From Leucoraja ocellata (Eukaryota), in contig JAWMAR010000058.1 of NCBI GenBank assembly GCA_036785375.1, positions 6,324,001 to 6,388,000 on the forward strand: a DNA stretch of 64,000 bases, in the 5' to 3' direction. The position numbers and the translations under genes are program-made. The notes beneath the pieces are model-generated. The model was not told the DNA's origin, made no database searches, and was given only the letters and a program-made list of their open reading frames with translations. Position 1 is the first letter of the stretch; each line of letters begins with the position of its first letter. Positions 24,881-36,940 of the stretch are shown in pieces.

Positions 24881-27118
24881 CAGTGGCCTCCATAATATTT
24901 GGGACAAAGACCCATCATTTATTTATTTGCCTCTGTACTCCACAATTTGAGATTTGTAACAGAAAAAAAATCACGTGGTTAAAGTGCACATTGTCAGATG
25001 AATAAAGGCCATTTTTATACATTTTGTTTTCACCATGTAGAAATTACAGCAGTGTTTACACAGTCCCCCCATTTCGGGGCATCATAATGATTGGGACACA
25101 GCAATGCAATGTAAATGAAGTAGTCATGTTTAGTATTTTGTTGCATATCCTTTGCATGCAATGACTGCTTGAAGTCTGCAATTCATAGACATCACCAGTT
25201 GCTGGGTGTCTTCTCTGGTGATGCTCTGCCAGGTCTGTATTACAGCCATCTTTAGCTTATGCGCGTTTAGGGGGCTAGTAACCTTCAGTTTTCTCTTCAG
25301 CATATAAAAGGCATGCTCAATTGGGTTCAGATCGGTAAGGGTTATTGACTTGGCCACTCAAGAATTGACCATTTTTTAACTTTGTTGCTTTAGCAACTCC
25401 TTTGTTGCTTTAGCAGTATGTTTGGGATCATTGTCTTGCTGTAGAATGAACTGCTGGCCAATGAGTTTGGAGGCATTTGTTTGAACTTGAGCAGATAGGA
25501 TGTGTCGATACACTTCAGAATTCATTATGCTACTATCATCAGCAGTTGTATCATCAATTTAGATCAGTGAGCCAGTACCTTCAGCAGCCGTACATGTCCA
25601 GGCCATAACACCCCCACCACCGTGGTTCACAGATGAATTGGTACGCTTTAGATCTTGGGCAGTTCCTTCTCTCCTTTATACTTTGCTCTTGCCATCACGC
25701 TGATATACCGTATTTCCCGGCGACTGCTCCGCGGAACCTGACACGCCTTCAACCTGGAACTGTGTGAAGTGGGAAGCGGCTGTAAAAGGACAGCGCCGCT
25801 GGGCGGGGGGGGGGAGAAAGTTCCTTTCCACAGCATGTGGGGAGTCTGGCCCGGGTCAGCACGACCTGGGCTGCACTAAGTAGTAAACTTGACTGGGCCG
25901 CCAGGGAGATGCAGGGAGAACAGGAGCATTGAGAAGGAGGGGGTCAGAGATCATGCCAGCAGTTCACTCACTCATTGCGAGTGCGGAACCACTGCATTGT
26001 GGCCGGGGAGGGAAATAGCTCCGGTGGCTGTGAGCAGCTGCTGAGACCAGACGGCGGAACCGGCCGTCACCTCAGTGCCTTCTACCGGCCTGCGCGCCAC
26101 GGTGTGCTTCGGCACAGGCGCAACCGGTGGAGGTGGTGGTTGGCAGGTAGCTACTGGGCGAAAGGCTGGCTGCTCCGTCCCGGGCTCAAAATGGGGGTGC
26201 GTCTACGACGCAGGTACGTCTTCATTTCACAGATGGTATGCTTTGGATTTTGGGCAGTTCCTTCTCTCCTCCATGCTTTGCACTTGCCATCACTCTGATA
26301 TAAGTTAATCTTTGTCTCATCTATCCTCAAGACCTTTTTCCAGAACTGTGGTTGCTCTTTTAATTACTTATTCGCAAACTGTAACCTGGCCATCCTATTT
26401 TTGCGGCTAACCAGTGGTTTGCATCTTGTAGCGTAACCTTGTATTTCTGTTCATGAAGTCTTCTGCGGTCAGTGGTCATTGACAAATCCACACCTGAAGA
26501 GTGTTTCAGACAGGTGTTTGGGGATTTTTTTTTAATTATAGAAATAATTTTTCTGTCATCAGCTGTGGAGGTCTTCCTTGGCCTGCCAGTCCCTTTGCGA
26601 TTAGTAAGCTCACCAGTGCTCTCTTTCTTCTTAATGATGTTCCAAGCAGTTGATTTTGGTAAGCCTAAGGTTTGGCTGATGTCTCTATCAGTTTTATTAT
26701 TGTTTCTCAGTCTCATAATGGCTTCTTTAACTTTCATTGGCACAACTTTGGTCCTCATGTTGATAAACAGCAATAAAAGTTTCCAAAGGTGATGAAAAGT
26801 CTGGCGAAAAAACTAGTTGCTGAGAGCTTTCTTATACCTGCATGAAGGAGGCAATTAAACACACCTGAACAATTACAAACACCTGTGAGGCCCTGTGTCC
26901 CAAACATTATGGTGCCCTGAAATGGGGGGGGTATGTATAAACACATCTGTAATTTCTACATGGTGAAACCAAAAATGTATAAAAATTACCTTTAATCAAA
27001 TCTGACAACGTGCATTTTAACCATATGTGATTTTTTAAATTACAAATCTCAAATTGTGGAGTACAGAGGCAAATAAATAAATGACGGGTCTTTGTCCCAA
27101 ACATTATGGAGGGCATTG
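24881..27118 (-). mobile_element. Tc1-like DNA transposon, IR/DR type, with disrupted transposase
   Basis: TA TSDs at 24879-80 and 27119-20; TIRs of about 220 bp starting CAGTGGCCTCCATAAT and ending ATTATGGAGGGCATTG; ORFs with paired-like HTH and GRPRKT (26360..26773) and DLNPIEH (25130..25357). Confidence 0.95.
25708..26224. mobile_element. GC-rich insert in the Tc1, probably a Tc2/pogo-like MITE with one intact end
   Basis: Begins TA|CCGTATTTCCCGGCG; subterminal GGGGGTGCGTCTACGACGC near the other end. Confidence 0.55.
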
Positions 27119-28995
27119 TATAAATCTCTGCAACTTTTTGCGGTCTTGGATGGAGCTGTTCCCAAACCATACTCTGATGCATCTCGATAAAATGCTTTCT
27201 ATAGGCGCATCTGTTGGTGAGATTTTATGGGGACATGCTGAACTTCTTAAGCCTTCTAAGGAAGTAGAAGCAATAGTCTGCTCTCTTGACCATTGGTTCG
27301 ATATGGCTTGTCAAGGACAAGTTGCTAATGATATATGCTCCTAGGAACTTGAAGCTTTCAGCGCTGTCAAAGTATACCGGGCTTCCTAAAGTCGAACCCT
27401 ATTTCCTTTGTCATGCTGACATTGAGAAAAAAGTTGTTGCCTTGACATCAGGTTACGAGGTTCTTAATCTATTTCCTGTACTCCCTCTTGTCACTATTTG
27501 ATACCAAGCCCACTACGGTGGTGTCCTCCTCGAATTTGTAAATTGAGTTGGATTGCCAGATGTTGTACTTTGTTGTGAAAGGCACCATTGCCACTCCTGC
27601 TGTATTTCTTAGTTCCTCCAGGAATGCCCTGTACAACCCTAATCACCTCTGTTTCATTATTGCCAGTAGGGCTCTAGGTGCTGAAATTGTTTCCCTCAAC
27701 ATTGAACTTTCTTTTCCTTCCCCTCCTTTAAGATAATCCTTGAAACTGACTCAATTTGAGCCAGCTTTTGATCACCTGTCATATGGTGTTTGTTTTGTTC
27801 TTACTCTGCTCTGGTGAGATATCGTGAAATATTTGACTTGGTTTAATTTGTTTTTGTACTTCTCTGTATGCATTCAGCTAAGTTGAACTCTGATATTGGA
27901 TCAGTGAGGGTGAATATAACTGATGGCCAATACTTATGGAAGAGTTTTAATGCTCGCAAGCAGAGGCTTGCTTCTCTCATGTTGTGTCTGAATCCATGAC
28001 AGAGGTCATTGATTCATGTCATTGTGTTTGTTTAGCGTCAATGTTTTAAAATTGTCCCATGTAAAAAAAAATACCCTCAACTCAAACAACTAGAATTACA
28101 ATTTTGTAGCACTGACACACGTGATGTCCCATTTGTCCAATCTGCTACTATTGTTTTTCCTAATAAATTATAGCAATGGAGTGGGTCATCTTACTTTTTG
28201 CTTTTATCCGGTTAAATAAATGGGCTCTTATTTTACCCCAGAAAAATATATTTTCTAAAAAAGATGTTGGTAACCTGATTTTCAAAGAGATTAACTTCTT
28301 TCAAAGAAATGTGTTGTATTTGATCATTCATTCTGCATTTTATTCCTGTCTGTTTTGTAGTGTCATTTCTAAGGACATCAATAAGTGTGCTGACTCTAAT
28401 TCTCAGTCCACAAAATATAATGACATTTCCTTGTCTCCTCTTGTGTATCAACTGAATATTATTCAGTTGAATTGGATTCATCTGTGCAGATCTGAAGCTG
28501 CATCCAATTTAACTTCAGCTTTAAAAAAAAATCTGTTTTAAAAAGTGTCTATAAATAGGCCGTTTCTGAAACGATCTTATTGCCGTGTCACAGTGTGCAG
28601 TGGCAGAACTGTTGATTCCAATTTACATTTTTTGAGATGATATGCAATACCTTCACAATATTGCAAAGATGAAATGAATACAACATAACTGACATTTCTT
28701 CAGCAGTGGTTGCTGTAAATTGATTGTCATGGCACCCCAGCCACTTACAGAGCAGACACCCCATTTGGCCCATTTGCCAGTTTATTTTTTCCATAAGGGT
28801 CCCTTGAATTAGACATTTATTTTGTACGTTATGGAGGGAAATGGAAGTAGATTCTTCCAATTGATGGTGTTTTCCTTAGAATCTTCTTCCTTCCAATGTC
28901 CTATTCATTCTCTCCAAATTTTGACCTCAACCATCCCTATCTTCCGTCCCTCACCATGCATAGATCTTCTTTCCACACTCCCCATCATGCCACAA

Positions 28996-29700
28996 GGGAC
29001 ATAGGAGCAGAATTAGGCCATTTAACCTTTCGAGTCTACTTCGCCATTCAATCTTGGATGGTTTATCTTTCCCTCACAACCCCATACTCCTGCCATCTCT
29101 CCCTAACCTTTGACACCCTTGTGATCTATCGATTTCTGCTTTAAAAATAACTTGGCCTCCACAGCTCTCAGTGGCGATGAATTCCACAAAGTTACAACCT
29201 TCTGGCTGAAGAAAGTTCTCCTCATCTGCGTTCTGAAGGTACGTCATTTTATTCTGAGGCTATGCCCTTCGATTCTAGACTCCCATTACTGGAAACATCT
29301 TTTCCATCTCCACTCTATCTTGGCATTTTATTATCTGGTAGATTTCAATAAGATTCCATCTCATCCTTCTAAACTCCAGCGAGTATAGGCCCAGAGCCTC
29401 CTAATGCTCCTCATTTGTTAACCCAAGCATCCCCAGGATCATTCTTGTAAACCTCCTCTGGATCCCCTCCAAAGCCAGCATATCCTTCCTCGGGTATGGG
29501 CCAAAAACTGCTCATAACACTCCAAATATGGCCTCACCAGCTCATGATAAAGCCTCAGCATTATATCCTTGCTTTTATATTCTATTCCCCCTGAAATGCA
29601 TATTAATGTTACATTTGCCTTCCTTTCCGCGGACTCAACCTGCAAATTAATATTTTGGGAAACCTGCACCAGTACTCCTAAATCCCTTCCCCAATCTTGT
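28996..29700 (-). mobile_element. CR1 LINE 3' portion
   Basis: ORF 29439..29843 RDLGVLV..GIEYKSKDIMLRLY..LVRPYLE; tail ataggagcagaattaggccatt. Confidence 0.88.
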
Positions 29701-29849
29701 ACGTCTGCCCCATTTATTTCATAATGGGAGATCATGGATATACTGCTAACCTTCACTGATGCCTTACATTGAACAAAGTTCCTCAACCAGCATATCCATT
29801 GCACAACCTGGCCAAAAATTGTCCCCTCTGCACCCAACCACAACCACCG

Positions 29850-30240
29850 TCACCACATAGAAAAACCTTGAGATCTAAGATAGCCAGAACTACTTTTCAT
29901 ACCTTGGGAGCAATCTCAAATGAATGTACCAATGACAATGAATTTCACCACTGTACAGCCACTAGCTGACTGAGGAAAAGCGTGTTAAAAATTAACTCAT
30001 AACCTCATGATCTATCAGTGACCTTGTCCCTCCTGTACGCTTCAGAGATATAAGATACCTTCCAGCAAGTGTTCAAAAACATGAGAGAGATCTCTCCAAA
30101 ATTCTACAAGCTAACTGTCTAAATAAACAAATAAATTACTATTCTATGAGCTCTTTCAGGCTACTATCCTCAGATCCATCCTCTGAAGAGCAGTCTCTGA
30201 AAATCACTTACCTGACAACGGAATCCTAAAGCAGGCACTT
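29850..30240 (+). mobile_element. Decayed RTE-like LINE C-terminal fragment
   Basis: Remnants LRSKIA, LMIYQ, LLYASE and HLPDNGILKQAL; appears to resume at about 30640-30780. Confidence 0.45.
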
Positions 30241-30620
30241 TATTAGTTTTGTTTATTGCCATGTGTACCAAGGTACATTGAAAAGCTTTTGTCGTGTACT
30301 ATCCAGTAAACGACCATTCTACATGATTACAATCAAGCTGTCCACTGCAAAGGATAAAGGGTACAACATTTAGTGCAAGATAAAGTCCGATTAGATCGTT
30401 CAAAGATCTTGAATGAGGTAGATCATAGAGGCCAAGAGCACACTCTAGTTGATGAGGGGATAGTTCAATTGCCTGATAACAGTTGGGAAGAAACAGTCCC
30501 TGATTCTGGAGGTATGCCTTTTCAAACATCTGCACCTCATGTCTGATGGAGAGGGGAGAAGAGACAGTGACCGGGGTGAGCCGAGTCGTTGATTATGCTG
30601 GTGGCCTCGCTAAGGCCAAA
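30240..30620 (-). mobile_element. Rex1-type LINE 3' end
   Basis: gagtcgttgattatgctggtggcctcgc, gatggagaggggagaaga and a tail shared with 23160 and 24730. Confidence 0.8.
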
Positions 30621-33600
30621 ATGTTGTCGCACCAATAGGTTAGGGTGGATAGAGGGAATTCCTCATTGGATGTTCTCAAAACCTCCTCGAAACAGAGAAG
30701 GAGCACTAGAACGGCACAGTATTGTCCTAGTATTGTTTGATTGCCAGCATTGGAGCCCAGCATTTCCTATGCAAATAGAAAGTAACCAAGTTTCATATCG
30801 ACAAATGAAAATGAATTAACTGTCTTACAAACTAATTTTTTTCATATAATTTATTAACAAAAGATATGAACCTGGCAGATATGGATGGCTTAGTACCTAT
30901 AATGTGAACTCAAATAAATGGTATTATTTTATTAAGATATCAATGTGCTGGCAGGTGTCATTGTCCAGGGACTTGCTCTATCTTGAAATATAAATGTGTA
31001 ATTAAGGATAAATTGTGCTTCAGATATCTGATACACCAAGATTTAGCCAGATGGCTGTAGGTGTAGCCAGACGGTACAGTTAAAGACCACACAGTAAGTA
31101 ATTAATATACCAATAATATTCAAATGCTGCATTTTTTAAATCTTTTTTTAATGAACGTGTGCATAATCACTTGTAATATGGCAAATTTCTCTTTGGTGAA
31201 TTCCACAAAGTTTCTGTGTCTCTTGAGGCTCATTAATGTGCTTGGACAGTACTTCTTGAAAGGGGCCTTTGCTCGTAAAGTGATATGAAAGCTCAGCTGC
31301 TCAGTTGTGTATCTCAGGTTTTTTCATATGTTACAAAAACTGGTTCCAATCCCTGACCTACAGCAGAAATTGCATACAATATTTAAAGGATCACATCATT
31401 AACACTCTTTCAGAAAAAGCAAAGATTTTTCATCGAAAATGCTAATCATCATGCTTGTTAATGAAAGATCCTGCTGACTTGCTTTTTGTTCCTTGTGTCA
31501 GTTGGAATATAGCACGATGCTTTAAGGACCTTCATAGCTAATTTTGTTATATCTAGTACACAGTCGAGATCTTGCCGGTTGTAAATTGCTGTGCTGCAAA
31601 CATAATACTTTATGGACAAGTCTTCATTTGGTTTAGTGCTTTGAGAGGCCATCACTTGGATCTGGAAAGCACCAAATTAATTTTGTATGACTGGTTTATT
31701 ACGACAGCATTCACTTTGTATACTAGAAACAAATTCACTGAGCATAATCCTCCCAAGTTGTAGTTGATTACAATTCTTTTGAGCCATGATTGCTTGTCTT
31801 TTGGATAGTCTGAAATAAAAAGGCAAGATGGGAGGAGGGGCAATGAAGAATCCACCTAAAACAATTATTGTACCCAAAATTACAATTCACTTCTTCTTTT
31901 CTCACCTTTCTGTCTTTTACAGCTAGTGGAGAAGAGGTAAGAGGAATTATAACTCTGAAGTCTAAATTGGTAGGAATTAATGTCGGGTTTAAAGTTTGTG
32001 AAATCAGATACAGCTGCATTGTAAGGGCTGAAAGTGCATTAATTTGATGACTAAGAGTGAACCCACATTGATTTTTTTAATTTCTTGCATTCTGTTATAG
32101 ATTTTCAGCTGGAGTGGGGAATTACTGCATAGAGCATTAGACATTTTTCTGCATTGATCCCCTAGCAAAGTTGAACTGTGCAGTTTCCTTTTCAGAATGC
32201 CTTTCAATTTGGGGATAGATGTTATACAGAAAATTCTTTAGAAATTGTGACTGTTATATCTTTGGGTTAGATAGCTATGATTCCACTTAATGCAGCGAAC
32301 TGGTTAACATTACAGGCCATTACAGACTAATTCAAGTGAATAGCCGCATCTCTGTGAATCGATCTGCTCAGGAGGAACATCAATGGTTTTCAAATGATGA
32401 GGGTTTATGAAGTGTTTGATTGAGCATTATCCTTAGGCCTTATTCAATCGCTTAAACAGGTTTTATTTTCTCATTATTGTCTTGACTCTGCAAGAATATG
32501 TGTCTTGCTATCAATTTTATACAAGAAAAAATATTTCATGGTTTTACTACACCAGTTGTGGAATATTCTTTGTAAACAACATGATAACTTTTCATATTGT
32601 TTTTTGGAACCATGGTAACCGTGTGTTGCTTGTGAATGATGTGGCTGTATTTTCAAATATTGTTTTAACTCTTATCATTACATTTTATCGAACATGTTTC
32701 CTGGTATGTTTCTGCATATCAAATATTAATAACCACATGATCAAGGCTTGTTTTTTTTTACCACAATAAGTTACAGCTCTTGCTTCCACTTATTTAAGTT
32801 ATCCAATGAATTGTTTTTGATTGTTGTAAATGCTTTAGTGGATTCACTTAGATGTTGATAACATTCTCGTGTAGATATGGCAAGCATATTGATTGTGCTC
32901 AATGCAGATTCAAGGTAGGATTATTTGTGAAGTTGCAGACGTGGATAGTTTGAGATAGAGAATTCAAGAATTTTGTCTTGAAAATTCTTTCATTTTGTAT
33001 TCTTTGATGTAGAATTAATGCTGAGATATAGATTATATTGAGTATAATAACATTGTAAATAGGCTAGATTTACTTTTAGAGATGAAGGCTGAATTTAGTT
33101 ACTGTGATGCTATTAATAGCAATGCGTTTGACAAACTGTTTAACATTGTAACCTTGAAGTACAACAGGGCTTTTTGCCAGAGGTCTTAGTAAGTGCAGAG
33201 ATGCTTTGTAACATCAGGAATGATCCAAGTAAAGGAGGATTCAGCTCAATTTCACTCAGATCTTGTCTCTATGCTATTATTACAACTTTCCCATCCGTCT
33301 CCTTGTGATTCCTAATTATCCTGAATTGCTCACTTAGATCCTGTCTTCTCACTTGGTCTCCAGGATATTTATTGACTTCCTTTCTCCCCTGATTAAGATT
33401 TGACCTCACAGCCCCCCACCCCCCTCTCTTCCCCCACCCTGCTCATTAACATTTACTTACCCAATGGAACATTTGGTATGGCCTCTTTTCCGTGTGATGC
33501 CGTGCATATCAAGCAACTTGGGACATTTTACATTGAAGGTTGAGACATGGAAGACAAAAGATGCCTGGCATGACTCTGTTTCCTCGCTTGTGTTTACCAT

Positions 33601-34227
33601 TCATATTTACTGCTTTATTGGTTTATTGGTTGAATTCTCACATACCCAATGCTTTTGGAAAAACCCTGGTATTTAAAATGAAAGACTGAAAACAACATTG
33701 TCATAACGTCCAGATCGAAGAAATGTCAGCATGTGTGAAGCATTTCCAGTGTACTTAGTTTGCTCATTGTATATGCTGAGGTGATACTCATCTTTAATAC
33801 ATCAACTGGACAGTTTTGGACAGTTTAAATCAACTTATGAAGAATACTTCATATTAGGTCGTTCTTATTGTAAAATAGTGTTTTTGCAATCTCTACACCA
33901 TTGAGCACAGAGGAGATTAATGCCAGTTTGTAAATTATTTATCACCATGGGTCAATTGCATGTACTATTATTCATTAAATGTGATGTCTAGACAATGTAA
34001 ATGTATTGCAAAGATCTCTGATTTGCCATTAATGGCTTTGCCTTAACCGTATAACATGCTAATTGTTACCTTCTGTACTATTCTATTATATATCACTACA
34101 AAGTATTTTTAGGATTATTGGCATATTGTAACGTCGTGAGCACTGCTGTAATAGGATTGCTACTGGTTTTATATGCGTGATTCTCACTGACCTGAATCTT
34201 ATGTTTAGGACCAATACAATTAATTGC

Positions 34228-34410
34228 CTCAGAAACAGAAAATACAGGAAACACTCAGCAAGTCAGGCAGCATTTGCAGGAAGAAAATCAGTTTCAGATT
34301 AGAGATCGTTCATCGGGCCTGTTTTTCTCTTTTTCATCCAGCTGTTTGATCTGCTAAGTGCTCCCAGAATTTTTAGTTTGTTTCAGATTTCCAGCCTGTG
34401 CAGTTTCTTG
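34228..34410. mobile_element. Old Penelope-derived foldback element
   Basis: ggaaacactcagcaagtcaggcagcat versus inverted gctgtttgatctgctaagtgctcccag. Confidence 0.55.
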
Positions 34411-35652
34411 AATTCCAATGAATTTGCTGCCACATTACAAGAGTGATTACAGCTCACAGGTAGTGAATTGCTTTTGGGATATTGGTTGTTGTTTGTTTTC
34501 TTTTTTCTTGTATTTTTCATTGAAATCTCTATCCCATGCACACGTCAATGGCATTTGTGCCTTTGTCTCAGAGTTCTGACATTGGTGACTTGCTTTCCAT
34601 TTGTTTGTCATCTGATCAACCAGTGTCAGTAGATACGCTGGTTGGCTTTTCTTTGCCATAAAACACTTGAAGTGTAAGATGGTAGAAGGTTAAAATAAGT
34701 GAACGTTGCATTTGCAAAGAATATTTTTTGGCTAAGGCTGATTCAGCCACACAAAAGGTGAACTGAATCAGAATCCTGAAACTTCAAAAGGAAGGAAAGG
34801 TAATGCAGTGGGCTCCGCAGATCATATGATCTAGTAAGGACTGAATTACCATGGAAATAAAATAAAACTTTTCTTGCTTACATGACTCTTTAATTAGGAG
34901 TCATTGTTGTAATGTATATTTATGATGATATTAAATACAAGATGAACTACTCACAGGAAATTATCGTGAGTATTGCTCCTGGTGTAATGCACTCTTAACA
35001 TAGCTTCCAAGCACAGTGTTTTAGAAAGGGGCTTGTTTTTTTGTTTCCAGCATGATCAGCCTTACGACTGACTATATGTGTATTTGGATTTTCCTGATAT
35101 TTTTATTTTTTGTGAAGAGTACTACACTGACTATTAGATGGAGTATTTTTTTAAATTCTACAATGGGGTTTCATTATAAGTCGCAGTGTGATGGAAATGT
35201 TGTCAGACTCACTGTCCATTTTATTCTTTAATATAGGAAGTAGTTGCAGAATTCATTCTTAATTCTCAGAGAATTCTTGGAAAACAATCACAACTGAATG
35301 ATTTGAAAGGTTTCCCGTGTGAAAAGACATACGATGCACAAATGCAAAGAACCATTTCACAACAGGGTGGACTGTTATCTGTGCAATTTTATTGATTTAA
35401 ACCAGGGCCATTTTATTTTATGCGCCTTTTGCAGCCTTGAATTCTAAACAGTTGAATTATTTGTTTTAAATCCGTATGTTTAATGAATTGTTTGAAATCA
35501 CTCAAAATGATTCAGGACGTATTTTATTTTGCTGACATTGATTTATCTCTCTTTTATCAGATTAATTATCAGAAAACTGGATAATTGCTGCATTTTTGCA
35601 TTGTTATGTATTAATATGTGGTACATCATATCCATTATTTATTTACTCATTC

Positions 35653-36055
35653 ATAATAATAATAATAATAAATTTAATTTATATAGCACTTTTCAGGGAC
35701 TCAAAGTCGCTTTACAAGGCAAGGCAAAAAAATAAAAACAAAAACAAAGACAAAACAAAACAAACCAAAAAAAATGAGCAACAATTCAAGCACAGATGAA
35801 CATCTTAAGTATGCGAGTATGAGGATAGCTCCTCTCCTAGCTATTTGTTTTACTGGCTTTATGATTCATGGCTTGTTACCAGACTCAATGTTGTCTGCCC
35901 TGTTAGTGCCGGTCATTAAGGACAAAGCTGGTAAAGTAGGCAGCCGAAATAATTACAGGCCCATAGCTTAGCCAGCATATTGTCAAAAGACTTAGAAAGA
36001 GCTCTGCTGGATAGAATAAATTAGTTTGTTAACTCCACAAATAACCAGTTTGCTT
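35653..36055. mobile_element. Bipartite LINE fragment: minus-strand 3' tail joined to a plus-strand RT segment (RTE-X-like)
   Basis: (AAT)n plus tttatatagcacttttcagggactcaaagtcgctttaca, then EHLKYAS...LVPVIKDKAGKVGSRNNYRPIA(L)ASILSKDLE...NQF. Confidence 0.7.
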
Positions 36056-36399
36056 TAATCCAAGTACAAATCATTGGAAATTCTGGGCATACTTTCCCTA
36101 TTATGGAAAAGCATACCATGTTCTAATGACCACATTTTATAAAGAACAATTATTTTCATTCTGTTTCTGCCATAATTTTAAATTTGGCATGGGAAGGAAT
36201 CTTCAAACACGAAGCTCTATTTAAAAACCTCTGCTCTCCTTGAAATATTCAGGAATTAACTACGTTGATTTAGTGCACACGGGACTAAGTCTATTGCCGG
36301 AATTGTAACCTTCAACAAAGTTGGCTGGAAAGGAAAAAAGTTGACATCCTGTGCTTTGTTGACACAGAGATAAAAACATGTTCTTAAGAAGGAAATTGA

Positions 36400-36600
36400 A
36401 GTGAGACTTGCATTTTGTGTTTTTCTCTGATTGTGCCAAAAAAATTGCTCTACTGCTGATGAATAACTTTTGAAGTGCTGTAATGTAGAAAATGCAGCAA
36501 TTATTTTGTACACGTGAAGTTTCCTCGAGCAGCAATGTGATTATGACGTAGAATATGTTTTTATGATGTTGCCTCAAATTCCCTGAGCAAAAGGAAAAAT
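36400..36600 (-). mobile_element. Old DeuSINE/SacSINE1-like fragment
   Basis: acttttgaagtgctgtaatgtagaaaatgcagcaattattttgtacac resembles the reverse complement of the Deu-domain SINE 3' part; similar decayed pieces at about 40190-40380 and 52640-52840. Confidence 0.45.
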
Positions 36601-36694
36601 CTAAGCCTATATGAATCAAGCTCATTCTCTTATACTACTTCATAATGAGATCACAAAATTATTAATGATGTCTAACCACGAGGTATACCATGAT

Positions 36695-36940
36695 GTAGAA
36701 AGAAGGAACTGCAGATGCTGATTACAGTCAGATAGCAACTCTGGAGAACATGGATAGATGATGGTTTGGGTCAGGGCCCTTCCCTAGACTGATTGTAGGT
36801 GAGTGGAAAGAAAGCTGGGAGAGGTAGGACAAAGCGTGGACATGGGCAAGGGGCTCTTTTTTTGATAGGCAGATGGTTGGAACAATGGACAAAGATTAAA
36901 GCAAAGGATTGAAGAGATGTAAATTGTGAAGACAGATGTA
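36695..36940 (-). mobile_element. Penelope 3' terminal fragment with decayed hammerhead
   Basis: Reverse complement of the 42400-42700 region (ggaactgcagatgctg, ggagaacatggatag, gggtcagggcccttcc.tagactgattgt). Confidence 0.7.

Larger units (their letters stand above)
24730..27565 (-). mobile_element. Rex1-type LINE split by the Tc1 insertion (24730-24880 and 27119-27565)
   Basis: Reverse strand has YKFEEDTTVVG (FADD remnant) near 27520-27540; AVQTITQINLPSTDSIYTLCCLGKATSIIKD continues on the other side of the Tc1. Confidence 0.8.

Noticed and set aside
25708-26224. CpG-island promoter or ORFs 25975..26298 and 26075..26308
   Set aside because: The region lies inside a transposon and starts with a transposon-like terminus; the peptides have no recognisable domain.
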